Translations under genes and position numbers: made by a program
Shown: positions 43,937-55,642 of the stretch, in pieces
Position numbering within the stretch: the first letter of the stretch is position 1
Layout: each line of letters opens with the position of its first letter
Notes under the pieces: model-generated
Database searches by the model: none
What the model saw: only the letters and a program-made list of their open reading frames with translations
Told to the model about the DNA's origin: nothing
From: Phaeosaccion multiseriatum
Lineage: Eukaryota; Protista; Ochrophyta, other classes
Length of the DNA stretch: 64,000 nucleotides
NCBI GenBank assembly: GCA_965112735.1
Contig: OZ218958.1
Coordinates: 2,418,001 to 2,482,000 of the forward strand
Direction: 5' to 3'

Positions 43937-46627
43937 TTCTCTCTCTCCCTCTCTCTCTCTCTCCAATCCTATTCTCCCCCTCAATCCTCTCTCCCTCCCC
44001 TCTTTCAGATCCAAAGCTGGACCATTCGACCTCCTTTTTTGCGTAGGGCCGTTCACGGACCCTACGCCACGCTCGCCTGCAGTAGAATCAAATGGAGGAG
44101 CGGGGGAAGGAGAGGAAGAGGATTGTGAGGGCCTGAGCGAGGAGGCCAAGGAGGGTAAGGAAGAGCAAGCCGTGCTCGCCGAGTACCTGTCTGGAGCGCT
44201 CAAGCCCCCCTTGCCCACGTACTTTTTCGATGCGGGAGGTGACGCTGCACTCATATCCCAGCTGGAAGAAGACCCCACCAAGATCCAGGAACTACAGCCA
44301 GACCTCTTCTACTTGGGCAGGGGCGGCATGAAGCAGGTTGGACAGCTGGCTGTGGCCTTTTTAGCCCCTCAGAACCGCGGCCTGACGAATGACGACTCTG
44401 ACGGGTACGATGAGGAGACCGCCCTCCAGTCTGTAGAGGACATTGGGAAGATGGTGGGCTTCTCAGGGGCGGACCTTCTGCTCTCCACCGAGTGGACCAG
44501 GGGTGTCGATGTGGATCTACCTGCTCCTCTGCTGGCAGGGCTGACGGAGGTAGGGGTGGCCGCACATGCGGTGGGCTGTCCAAAGGTGACGAGGATGGCC
44601 ATTGCCACTCGGCCGCGGTACCACTTTGTGACGCACGAGAAGGTGTTCTTCCAACGTCCACCTTACAGGAGCCTGACGTACGGTGATGCTGAGGGGGAAG
44701 GAGGAGGAGGAGGAGGAGGAGGAGGAGGAGGAGTCAGTGGGGGAGGGATGGGAAGGGGCGATGGCGTTAAGAGAAACAAGATTACGCGCTTCATCGCATT
44801 GGGGGAATGCGTGTCGGGCAAACCGAAGGACAAGCGCCGCAAGTGGCTGCATGCCCTCTCCCTCGATGCGATTGCCTTCATGTCGAAGGAGAGTTTGGCG
44901 GAGGTACCGGCCGGAACCACCGACTGTCCGTATGTGACCAGGACGCTGCAGATGCAGGGAGGGAAGCGAGTGGCGGGCTCGTCCACTGTCATACAGCAGC
45001 CGATGGCTAAGAGACCGCGCGTGGGGGGAAGTGGTGGTGATGATAGTGGGGGAGGAGGAGGAGGTGGCGAGGAGACCGGAGGAGCAGCAGCAGGCGGCCC
45101 GGCATGGGCCAGCAAGATTGCACAGGAGGAGGACGGAAAGCGAACAGATGGGGGAATGTTCTTTTGGGGAGGGCGCGGTGGAAAGAGGGCAGGGGTGGGC
45201 GGAGCCGGGGGGGGCAGGGGAGGAGGAGGAGGAGGAGGAGGGGGGGGGGGGGGGCGAGGGGGTGGCTACGATGGTGCAGCAGACCCCAGCAACACCACTG
45301 TGTTTGTAGGGAATCTCAAGTCGAAGGATGTGCAACCTCAGGACCTTGAGAAAGTGTTCGGGCCGGTGGGCCAGATCAAGCAGGTGCGGTGTCGAGAGCA
45401 AAGTGAGTTTGGCTTCGTCGAGTATGTGAGCCATGCACATGCCGAGTTGGCCATTCGCACCCTCGATGGTACAATGGTCAAGGGAAATAGCGTGTCACTG
45501 TCGTGGGGGAAGCAGAGTAAGAAGAGCATGGCAGCTTCCATTGACGCCTCTTCGTTAGCGGGGCCTGTGAATGACTCACACTACGGCCCCATAGGAGGAG
45601 GAGGAGGAGGAGGAGGAGGAGGAGGAGGAGGTGGACCAGGCAGAGGAGGAGGCGGGGGAGGATTAAGAGGCGGAAGTGGGGTGGTAGACCCCAACAATAT
45701 GTCGGTCTTCGTGGGTGGACTCGGCAAGGACGGCTCGGTCACCTCAGAGATTCTCAAGCAAGCGTTTGTGTCCGACGGTGGCTGCGTGGCCGAGGAGATT
45801 GTGGAGTCGCGTACAACTCTGAAGGGGTACGGTTTCTTGGACTTTAGCTCGCACGAGGCCGCCGCTCGGGCCATCCAGGCCATGTCGGGCAAGTCCGTCG
45901 GGGGCAGCGTCAATGTGACCGTGTCGTGGGGCCGCGGGGCGTCCAAGCCGCCGCAGAGGGTCGATGGGTTGGTGAGTAACCTCCTGTTGGGACCAGGAGG
46001 AGGAGGAGGAGGAGGAGGAGGAGGAGGAGGAGGAGGAGGAGGAGGAGGAGGAGGCGGAGGAGGAGGAGGAGAGGAGGAGGAGGAGGAGGAGGAGGAGGAG
46101 GAGGAGGAGGAGGAGGAGGAGGAGGAGGAGGAGGAGGAGGAGGAGGAGGAGGAGGAGGAGGAGGAGGAGGAGGAGGAGGAGGAGGAGGAGGAGGAGGAGG
46201 AGGAGGAGGAGGAGGAGGAGGGGCAGGAGGAGGAGGAGGAGGAGCAGGAGGAGGAGGCGGAGGCGGAGGAGGAGGGTCTCGCTTTCCGGCGGATGAGCGG
46301 AAGGAGTGCTGGTTCTGCCTTGCCAGTTCGCAACTAGAAGACCATCTCATCGCATCCATTGCAGAAGAGGTGTACCTGACCTTACCCAAGGGCGGGCTCG
46401 TGCCAGACCACGTGCTGCTGGTGCCCATCTCCCACACTGCGCGGTATGCTGAGCTGTCCCCTGCAGGGGCGGCGGAGTTGGAGCGTTTCAAGGATTGTTT
46501 AAGGAAGTTTTATAGCGACAAGAGGGACAGCGAGATGTACATATTTGAGCGATGTGTGCAGACGAGGGGATCCAACCACATGCACGTTCAGGTGGGTGGT
46601 GGTGTATGGTGTAGGGCAGCTCGCTCG

Positions 46628-46676
<49 letters not shown>

Positions 46677-46701
46677 TCTCTCTTGTGTTCTCTCTCTCTC
46701 T

Positions 46702-46732
<31 letters not shown>

Positions 46733-47970
46733 GTCTCTTCGTCTTCCTCTCTCTTCGTCTCTCTCTCTCTCTTGTGTTCTCTCTCTAATCATCTTTCTCT
46801 CTCTCTTCCTCTCTCTCTCTCTTTCTCTCTCTCTCTTCGTCTTCCTCTCTCTCTCTTGTGTTCTCTCTCGAATCATCTTTCTCTCTCTCCTCTCTTTCTC
46901 TCTCTCTCTTTCTCTCTCTCTTCGTCTTCCTCTCTCTCTCTTTCTCTCTCTCTCTCTCTTCGTCTTCCTCTCGCTCTCTTCGTCTCTCTCTCACTCTCTC
47001 ACTTGTGTTCTCTCTCTAATCATCTTTCTCGCTCGCTCACTCTCTGCTCGTCTTGCTCTCTCTCGCCTCCATTGTGTCTCTACCTGTCTCTGCATCCATC
47101 TCTCCCTCTTCTTACACCCACGCCGCAACACCAAACAACACCACACGCCACGCCTTGTCAATCGAACAGTGTGTTCCCATTCCCCGTGGAGAGGCATCGG
47201 ATGGGGCGAGGATGATGTTCAAAGCCGAGGCCAAGAGACTGGGGATGGAGTTTGAAGAAGTCCCTGCCGAGGTGCGTAGTGTGTGCTTGTCATGCTTTGT
47301 CATGGCTGCCTTGGTGTCCATATGCTTGTCATGCCCTGTCATGGCTGCCCTGCTGCCCACATGCTTGTCATGCTTGCCCTGCTGCCCATATCCTTGTCAT
47401 GCTTGCCCTGCTACCCATATGCTTGTCATGCTTTCCCTGTTGCCCATATGCTTGTCATGCTTTGTCATGGCTGCCTTGGTGTCCATATGCTTGTCATGGT
47501 CTGTCATGGCTGCCCTGCTGCCCATATGCTTGTCATGCTTTGTATTGCATGCGGTTTCGACCCCTCTCTCTGTCTCTGTGTGCGTGTCTCCATGCCACAC
47601 GGGCGTGCATTGCGTGTCGATTCAAATGTGTGCAATCATGGGCGGGAGTGGCAGAGAGGGAGAAATGATATCAGCGATCATATCATTGTGTGTGCCCTCA
47701 CATGTACATGCGCCTCCGAGTGTCTCTCTCCCTCTCTCTCTCAAGCGCTCTCGCTACCTCCCTCCCCCCCTCTCTCTCTGTCTGTCTCTGTCTCTCTCTC
47801 CTTCTCCCTCGCTCTCTCTCGCGCTTTCGCTATCCTCTCCCCCTCTCTCTGTTTTCTCTCTTTCAGGCGTCTCTGCACAAGGCGTTGGCGGGCGTGGACA
47901 GCTACATGTATGCAGAGGTGCCAAGCGGGACCAAGGGAGTCGCGGTCAGGCTGCTGCACAAGGTGCCTCC

Positions 47971-48008
<38 letters not shown>

Positions 48009-48190
48009 GGGGCGAGCAGGGAAGGAAGAGATGGGGAGTGCCTCTGCAGTTCGGCAGAGACGTGGCTGCGCGGCTGTTGAGCATGCCGGAGAGGGCTCAC
48101 TGGAAGGCGTGTGCTCGGAGCAAGGAGGACGAGACCAAGCTCGCCAACACGTTTAAGGAGGCCTTCCGTACCTACGACTTCACTCTATAG
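43647..48190 (+). CDS. CWF19L1: CWF19-like protein 1 / Drn1 homolog (metallophosphatase-like N-terminus, two RRMs, CwfJ C-terminal domains), with an apparent 1-nt frameshift in a poly-Gly tract
   Basis: Exons 43647-43720, 44009-46591, 47170-47271, 47867-48190. Motifs: KVLVAGDVQG, GPFDLLFCVGPF, RPRYHF, TRFIALG, CWFCLAS, YLTLPKGGL..DHVLLVPISH, HMHVQCVPIP, PLQFGRDV, ERAHWKAC, F..YDFTL*. RRM motifs: VFVGNL/FGFVEY and VFVGGL/KGYGFLDF. The frame changes at ~46070. Confidence 0.88.
47285..47540. repeat. Intronic minisatellite built from TGCTTGTCATGC...CCCATA units (~25-35 bp)
   Basis: About 8 imperfect units read directly in CWF19L1 intron 3. Confidence 0.85.
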
Positions 48191-48250
48191 ACCCAAGCTC
48201 GCCAACACGTTTAAGGAGGCCTTCCGTACCTACGACTTCACTCTATAGAC
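48135..48250 (+). repeat. Perfect 58-bp tandem duplication spanning the CWF19L1 stop codon
   Basis: ccaagctcgccaacacg...cactctatagac occurs at 48135 and again at 48193. Confidence 0.95.
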
Positions 48251-48482
48251 CAGACGACTGAGAGCCGAAGGTGCTCCTGGCCCATGAATTTGAATAACAA
48301 TTTGTGCTTGCGCCTCGTTCCTCCTTGCTCCAAGGTCGACGAAGGCCGGGTGTGTGGCAAATGGCGACGTCGGATAACCAACTCGCATTCTGTAATTTTT
48401 TCTTTTTCGTATCCTCTCGTCCAAACCACGCAGACCGACAGAAAGAGGGAGAGAGAAAGAGAGGGAGTGACATAGCAACAAG

Positions 48483-49115
48483 ATGGGGGTCCTCACTATT
48501 TTCCTGGATCGTGTGGAGAACTTGACGGATGAAGATCACGTGGGAAAGAGCGATCCTTACGTCAAATTCAGCTTGGAGCAGGACAACCGTATCTTCGATA
48601 AGGACTATGGCGACAAGGTTTCTTCCACCAAGGTGAGTAGGGAGAGCGGGTACTTACGCGGCAGACATGAAGTTAACCTCCTCCACAGTAGCTCACATGT
48701 GTACATTCGCTCGTTGTTTGACTTCTCCCTTCCCCGCCCCCCTCTGTTCTTGCCCACTCCCTCTCCCCCCCTTCCCTTCTTCCAATACCTACGATACCAG
48801 AGCAACGAGCTGAGCCCCGTGTACGAGGAGACAATCACCTTCGACAAGCTGCCTTCCCTCAACAACATGGTGCTCACAATAAAGGTTGTCGACAGCGACC
48901 ACGGCCTTGATGACCAAATGGGCGACACCATTAAGATTAACTTGGAGAAAATGAAGCTGGGTGAGACTCCCGTGGAAGTAGAAAAAGTGGTGGACAAGAA
49001 AGAAAAGGGTATTCCTTGCTCTCCCTGGGCGGTCGCCATGCGTATCTGCTGCTTTTGCTGTTGCGGAGCGGACAAGCCCACGAAGCTGTACATGACCTTG
49101 AGTTACACCGAATGA
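48483..49115 (+). CDS. Small single C2-domain protein (154 aa spliced), probably Ca2+/phospholipid-binding
   Basis: Exons 48483-48632 and 48801-49115 (GTGAGT...CAG intron with pyrimidine tract). C2 motifs: LTDEDHVGKSDPYVKF, LSPVYEETITF, LTIKVVDSDHGLDDQMG. Confidence 0.88.
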   Translation: MGVLTIFLDRVENLTDEDHVGKSDPYVKFSLEQDNRIFDKDYGDKVSSTKVSRESGYLRGRHEVNLLHSSSHVYIRSLFDFSLPRPPLFLPTPSPPLPFFQYLRYQSNELSPVYEETITFDKLPSLNNMVLTIKVVDSDHGLDDQMGDTIKINLEKMKLGETPVEVEKVVDKKEKGIPCSPWAVAMRICCFCCCGADKPTKLYMTLSYTE

Positions 49116-50288
49116 ACGTTATACGTAGCTTCTGATGAGCTCAGAGGGCAAAGAAAAGGCTCGAGGAGAAGGAAGGTGGCCAAGGCCTGCAGCACAAGGG
49201 GGCGAAGCGGACGGCCTGGGGCAGTAGGGATGGATATGGTGAGCAGAATCATTCGGTGGTGAGCACAGAATCTTTCACGGTTTGTGCTGGGAATAATGGC
49301 ACACTCGACACAGCTTGTCACCTCGTGGGGGATATACGCAGGGGGGGGAGCGGGATGGGAACAAATTGGTGGAGGCGGGCCCCGCGCGTTGGATTTCCAA
49401 CTGTCTTCTCTCTCCCAAACAGGGGCTTATGCGATGGAGACGAGGAGGAGGAGGAGGAGAATATGGTGACACAACACACACACAAAACACACACGCGCGC
49501 CTGTTGAAGGGCAGCAGTAGCATTAGCGTAGTAGGGTAGCCGTAACGATTTATTTATGAAACGATGTATTTTATTCAGGGGCCGTTCCTGTCCATTTCTT
49601 CTTGTTCTCCTTGGGGTTTCAAATCCTTCCCCCAACAAGGCAGACACTGCTTCACTCTCATGCTCTTCCACATCTTTTGAGAGGCCTTTAATACAATGAC
49701 TGCAAAGTCGGCACGTTGGTTATTCGGCAGGGACCAGTGGGTGTGTTGTCATGGGGCCGTGTGCCTTTGTGTGCACTTCGAGTAGAGACGATGGTTTGGA
49801 CGGCTGAGCATGCCGGAGAGGATCACTGCAAGCGTTGGCGTGGAGCGAGGAGGACGAGACCAAGCTCAGCAAGACGAGGGACAGCAGGTTGAAGGTTGAA
49901 GGTTGTGTGCGTGGTCCAAAAACGAATTTCATTCATTCGTACGTGACAAAGTATACATGCATACTTCGTCCAGCTTTTCTCCCTTACGGTCGAGCCGTGG
50001 CCCATCAAAAGGCTGTGTAAAGCTGCTGCTGCTGCTGCTGCTGCTGCTGCTACTGGTACTGGTAGTTGTTGCGTTCTACCGCACCGCCTCAACAACAAAC
50101 GATGGGGGAAATACAATATTTCCCCAATGGAACAAACAAGCACACACACACACACACACATCTGACAAAACCCCAGGCTCAGCCTGAAGAACGGCCCTGC
50201 CCCCTCACCCGACTGCCCCCCTGCTGTTGTTGTGCTGTTGTTGCGATGGCTATCGTCCCTGCTGCCCCCTGACCGCGACCCCTACCGT

Positions 50289-51929
50289 CTACCGGCGTTC
50301 GTTGTTGTTGTTGCTGTTGTTGTATTGACCATCGTGGTGGTAGTCATCTGGCCTCGACCCGGACCCCGACCCGGCCCCACCCACCGCCCCCCGTGCAATG
50401 TACACCCCCCCCGCCCTGCTTACCCACTGTGGTGGGGGTGGTCGGTAGTCCGCCGGTAGCCGCCTCTCGGGGCTGGGTTGGTCTGCATTGGCCGCGAAAC
50501 GGTCGTGTGTCCATTGCTGCGGTGAGCTGCTTCTGCGGTTGCCAATACTGCTCCCGCCGCCGCCGCCCCCCAGACTGCTTCTACCTCTGCTCCTGCTCCT
50601 GCTGCTCGCGTATGCCGTGCTGCGATCTCTCGATCGACTGCGGCTATGACTAATACTGTTCCGACTAATGCTGCTACGGCGCGAGCGGCGATCTCGACTA
50701 ATACTCCTGCTCAGGCTCCTGCTCCGCCCACTCCTGCCGCTGTTGCTGCCGCCGCACCAGTCCGCCGTGCCAGTGCTCCCTCTACCCCTGCTCCGGCTCC
50801 TACCACTATTGCTCCCGCTCCTGCTACTGAAGCTGCGCCGCCGCCCACTTCCACTGCTCAGCAGGCTATGTGCGTACCTGCCCCCTCCGCCCAAACCCCC
50901 GCCCCGCCCACCCCCATACTCCCTATCGCTGCCTCGCTCACTCATGCCTCCCTCCTCCTCGTCCTTCCTATCCTCCTTGTCTCGATGGTCTCTATCCCGA
51001 TCGGAGTAGCGCGAAGAGGAGTAGCCCCATCTCCCGCCAGACCTCTCGCTGGAAGACTCTCTACCACCCCCCCCCCTCCAATGGTGGTGGGAGTGCTTGC
51101 TCTCGTCACTGTCAATGCTGCTGCCCCGACTGCCGTCTTCGCTCCACTTGTGGTCCGAGCCACTGCTGGAACACCCTCGCGTCACCCGACTCCTTCGGTT
51201 CCTCTTCCTAGCCCTCCCCCCTCTTCCTCCTCCCTCCCCCGCGGCCCCTCTGCTGCCATCGCCACCACTCGCACCTCCTCCTCCTCCGCTCGTGTGCTTG
51301 CTACCATCATGATGAGTCGAGGACCCACCGCGCCGGGAGACGCTGGCTGACTCGGACAATGACCGAACCCTTCTGCTGCGACTACTACTCTCTATTCGCG
51401 AGCTCTGACCGCGGCTGCGGCTTCTGCTTCGCCGGGCGACCGAGGAAGGGCTGTGGCTGCGTTGCTGCCTGAGTCTGTCATCGGGAGACGGACTCCTCTC
51501 CCTCCCACGCTTTCTGCTCGCCCCCTCCCCTGCCCCCCCTCCACCGGCGCCAGGGTGGTGAGAGCTGCCGCCGCCACCGCTGCTGCTGCCCTGACGGCCA
51601 CCACCGCTTCTGCTGCTGCCCTCCCTTCCTCCTCCCCCCGCTCCTCCTCCGAAGGCCCCTCTACTGCCGCCACTATGGTGATGACTACTACTGCTGTACG
51701 CCCCTCCAAAGCGGTGGCTGTGGCTACTGCCGCTGCTACTCCCACCAACCTCCCACCCCCCGCCCGAAAAGGGCAACCTCGGGGCGCGCCAACCTCCCCC
51801 GCCCCCGTCCCCGCCCCCGTTCCCCTTGTTCTCCTCCTCCTTGTTCCTCATGTTTCTCCTCCATGCCGCAGCAGCTAGCTCCGCGGGGGTGAACCCGCTT
51901 GGCTTCTGATTCCCGTTCCCGCCCATCAT
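50289..51929 (-). CDS. Ser/Arg/Gly-rich (RS-domain-like) disordered protein, 546 aa, with C-terminal WTHDRF motif
   Basis: Single long ATG ORF with many RS dipeptides and RSPSP-type motifs. Structured-looking C-terminal segment QQWTHDRF...PSPERRLPADYRPPPPQWVSRAGGVYI. Confidence 0.7.
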   Translation of the reverse strand: MMGGNGNQKPSGFTPAELAAAAWRRNMRNKEEENKGNGGGDGGGGGWRAPRLPFSGGGWEVGGSSSGSSHSHRFGGAYSSSSHHHSGGSRGAFGGGAGGGGREGSSRSGGGRQGSSSGGGGSSHHPGAGGGGAGEGASRKRGRERSPSPDDRLRQQRSHSPSSVARRSRSRSRGQSSRIESSSRSRRVRSLSESASVSRRGGSSTHHDGSKHTSGGGGGASGGDGSRGAAGEGGGRGGRARKRNRRSRVTRGCSSSGSDHKWSEDGSRGSSIDSDESKHSHHHWRGGGGRESSSERSGGRWGYSSSRYSDRDRDHRDKEDRKDEEEGGMSERGSDREYGGGRGGGLGGGGRYAHSLLSSGSGRRRSFSSRSGSNSGRSRSRGRGSTGTADWCGGSNSGRSGRSRSLSRSISRDRRSRRSSISRNSISHSRSRSRDRSTAYASSRSRSRGRSSLGGGGGGSSIGNRRSSSPQQWTHDRFAANADQPSPERRLPADYRPPPPQWVSRAGGVYIARGAVGGAGSGSGSRPDDYHHDGQYNNSNNNNERR

Positions 51930-52071
51930 CTTCGCCCTCGCGTTTGTCTCACTCGCTCTCGCTCAATCTCTGCCTTCTGTTTTCTCGCCCTCTCTGTCAG
52001 TTTGTCTGGCTCTCTCTTTCTCTCTCTGTCTGCCTCGCGCTCTTTCTCTTGCACTCTATCTTCCCCGCTTC

Positions 52072-52128
<57 letters not shown>

Positions 52129-52401
52129 AACTCTCTCACTCTCTCTCCCCTTCCCCTCCCCTCCTCGCTGCGCTTGTTCCGCCCCAACCGAGACAAGTGG
52201 CGGGTTAGAGTCGCGGGTACACACTGTGGAGGGTCAATTACCCTCCTGTGGTTTAGTTTACGGAGCTTCTTTCGACCCCACACTTCCCCCTTTCGGTCGG
52301 CCAGCGAAGAGGGAGCATATGGGCCGGATGGCACTTCATGGTGAGCTTGAAGCTTTTGCGATCGATTATTCTCCCTCAAAACAGCAGAGCTTCCACGGCC
52401 G

Positions 52402-55220
52402 ATGCGCAACCAGCTTCTCACGCTTGCCCTGTGGGTTGTTGCGTTCTTGTTGTCAGTGTCAGCAGCTGCAGCGGCACCGATGCCAATGTCGTACGTGAGC
52501 GCAGCAAAGGCCGGGCAGGCTGCAGGGAGAGAGGGGTCAGGAGGAGGGGCAGCAGTGGGGAGGAGACCGCAGCATCAGAAGAAGGAGCCACGCAGGAATT
52601 TGAGGGGAGCTGCGGGGAGTCAAGGTCAAGGGCGACAGCAGCAGCACGTGCGAAGCGCGAATCACGGTCAACAATCGGGAGAGAGAAATAAAGCAACGGC
52701 GTCGGGAGGGCCGGAGACGCGGTCCTCCTTCCTCAGCAAGGTCGTCGTGTTCGCGGTCGCGGCGGTGGGGCTGGTGTCGGGGAGCTTTGCCATCCCCCTC
52801 ATCAGTCAGTACGCAACAGCAGACGACGTGCCCTCGTCCATCTACAAAGATAAGGGCACCCTCACAGGTAGGATTCCATGATGGCCCTTGGACCTATACT
52901 TGGGGGTGGTACCCTCGATCTTGCTTACTTATCACCAGACCCTTGAGGAGAAGCAAGCACATGACCTCCTCTGCTTGGATGCGCGTTCCCTGACCCCTCT
53001 TCGTGACAATAAATGCCTGCTTTGCCAGTTCACCCTTCACCCCACTCTCTCTGTCTTTCTCTCGCTGTCTCCTCCCTCCCTCTTCCTCTCTCTGCTACCT
53101 CTTGTTGCAACTAACGTCCTCTTTTAACCTGACTCTAACACACGACGCCACACACACACACGCACACACACACACACACACAGGCCGCGTGGTGCGAGTG
53201 ACGGATGGAGACACTGTGCGTGTGCGTCACATTCCCTTCCTGGCCCTCACCGAGAAGCGCAGATCCGGCCAAGTAAGTCACTGAACACATACCCACCCAC
53301 TCTCCATCCCATCATCCCAGAAGATCTCTCACTCTCCACCCCTGAACCCCCCACCAACCCCCACCATTGCACTCCAGTAAGTCAGTAGGTCAGTCAGTAG
53401 CTAAGACACTACTCCACCCGTTGACACTCCACCCAGTACTCACCACCACCTAAGCACCTGAGCAAAAGTGACTATCCACACCGAACACCCACAGAAGCTC
53501 ACTACCCACCCACAGAAGCTCACTACCCACCCACAGAAGCTTACTACCCACCCCTGGTAGCACTGTCCACTCCATCCACTACTCACCACCTAACCGCATG
53601 CATAACTCGTTTCTACCACCAGGTGCCCCGCCTCAGCAACGGGAGGAAGGAGAAGCTGACGGAGAGCACCATTGCCATTCGGGTGTATGGGATAGATTGC
53701 CCGGAAACCGCCAAGGTGAGGAGGAGGAGGAGGAGGACAAGGAGGAGGAGGAGGAAAAGGAGAAGGAGGAGGAGGAGGAGGAGGAGGAGGAGGAGGAATA
53801 CGAGGAGGGGGAGGAGGAGGAGGAGGAGGAGGAGGAGGAGGAGGAGGAGGAGGAGGAGGAGGAGGAGGGCTAGGAAGAGGAGGAAGAGGGGAAGGAGGAC
53901 GGTTATTGAAGGTGCTCTCTAGTTCATTAGACGTTACAAGCCAGCCAAAAACAGTTATGCCCGCCTCCCACTCCCTCCCTCCCTCCCTCCCTCCTTTCCG
54001 TCCCCCCCTCTCCCTCTCCCTCCCTCCCTCCCTCCTTTCCGGTCCCCCCTCTCCCTCTCCCTTCCTCCCTCTTCTTTTGTCTCTCCTCTCAGTTCGGAAA
54101 CCCCGGCCAGCCTTTCGCTGACGAGGCCACCGACTTTGTGAAGTCGGTAATGGACCAGAAAGTAGTGAAAATCAAGATGATGAGTAAGGACCAATACGGC
54201 AGGTGAGTGAGAGAGTGCTCTAGGCTCTTCTTCTCCCTCTTCCTTCTTTGATTCTTTCCTGCCTTCTCCTCTCCTCTCCCGTCCCGTCCTTTCCTCTCCT
54301 CTCCTTTCCTCTCCACTCCTCTCCCCTCCCCTCCCCTCCCCTCCTCTCCTCTCCTCCCATCTCCTCTGCTGTGCTCTCTTCCGCCCCTCCTCTCCCTCTG
54401 ACTTTGTTCCCTTAGGGCTGTGGCGAAGGTATCGTACGGGAGTTGGCCCTTTCGGCACGATCTCAGTATAGAGCTACTCAAGCGGGTAAGTGTGCGTGTG
54501 TGTGTGCGTGTGTGTGTGGGTGTCGGTGTGTGTGCGCGCGTGCCTGAACGTACACACATGTGAATAGCCACAGACAGACTCGAATCTCCCCTAAAGTACA
54601 GACAAAGCAGAGCTAACACCCTCACGTAAAGACACACACACTTGCTTACCAACTCACACGCGTGCACGTACACACCTACACACCCACACACATGCACGCA
54701 CACACAGGGTTTGGCGGTGGTGTACCGCGCGGGAGGGGCGCAGTACGACGGAAACCTTGAAGACTTTAACAAAGCAGAGACGAGGAGTAAGGAGAAGAAG
54801 GTGGGGCTGTGGGGGGTCCAGGGGGGCAACGCACAGACCCCGGCGGACTACAAACGGTTACAGAATGCCAACGAGCAGCAACACGCAGGGGCAGGGGGAG
54901 GAGGGGCGAGGGGAGGAGGTGGGGGGCGTGGGCACGCGCAGTATCAGGAGCAGAGGCATCAGCAGGGGTATCAGCAGCAGGGCAGGCAGGGTCAGCACGG
55001 AGGAGGGGGGGGGAATTATCATCATCAGGCGGGACATGGGAGAGGGCAGCAGCACCACGGAGGAGGGGGAAATCAGAATCAGAATCAGAATCAGAATAAC
55101 CGCCAGTATGAGAACCACTACGGAGGGGGTAATCAGCACCGGGGGGGAGGAGGAGGGAGGAAGCAACAGCACCACGGGCAGCAGAATCAGCAGTATCGGG
55201 GCGGGAACTCTCGGGTTTAA
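52402..55220 (+). CDS. Staphylococcal nuclease (SNase/thermonuclease, LCL3-like), ~446 aa, with signal peptide, TM segment and G/Q/N/H-rich tail
   Basis: Exons 52402-52867, 53184-53272, 53623-53715, 54093-54202, 54416-54485, 54708-55220, phase-consistent (1341 nt). Motifs: GRVVRVTDGDTVRV, IRVYGIDCPE, GQPFADEA, KDQYGRAVA, ELLKRGLAVVY, AE..SKEKKVGLW. Confidence 0.9.
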
Positions 55221-55642
55221 ACATTTGTGTATGTTCTGTTATGTATGGATGAGGTGTATGTATGTGTGTTAGATGGCAGCGGATGGATGGGTGGTTGGAA
55301 GGTGGCTGGGTGAGTGGATGGATGGATGGTAGTCGATGGACGGATGGATGGGTGGATGGAAGTGGATCGATGGATGGATGGATGGATGGCAGTGGACGGA
55401 TGAGGGCCCAAGGAGGGAAAATGAAGTGAGAGTCAGCCAAAGTGGGAAGGACGGAGGGAGAGAGAATCGCGTCATCACCATCACCATCATCATTATCATC
55501 ATCATCTTCATCATCACCATCATCTTCATCATCACCATCATCTTCATCATCACCATCATCTTCCTCATCACCATCATCTTCATCATCCTCGTTGTCTCCG
55601 TGGCTGTGGGAGCGACTGCCTTGGCAGCGCGATAGCAGTCAT

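Noticed and set aside
49318-49671. Minus-strand 117-aa ORF between the C2 and RS-rich genes
   Set aside because: GTG start, no recognisable motif, and it runs into microsatellite sequence.
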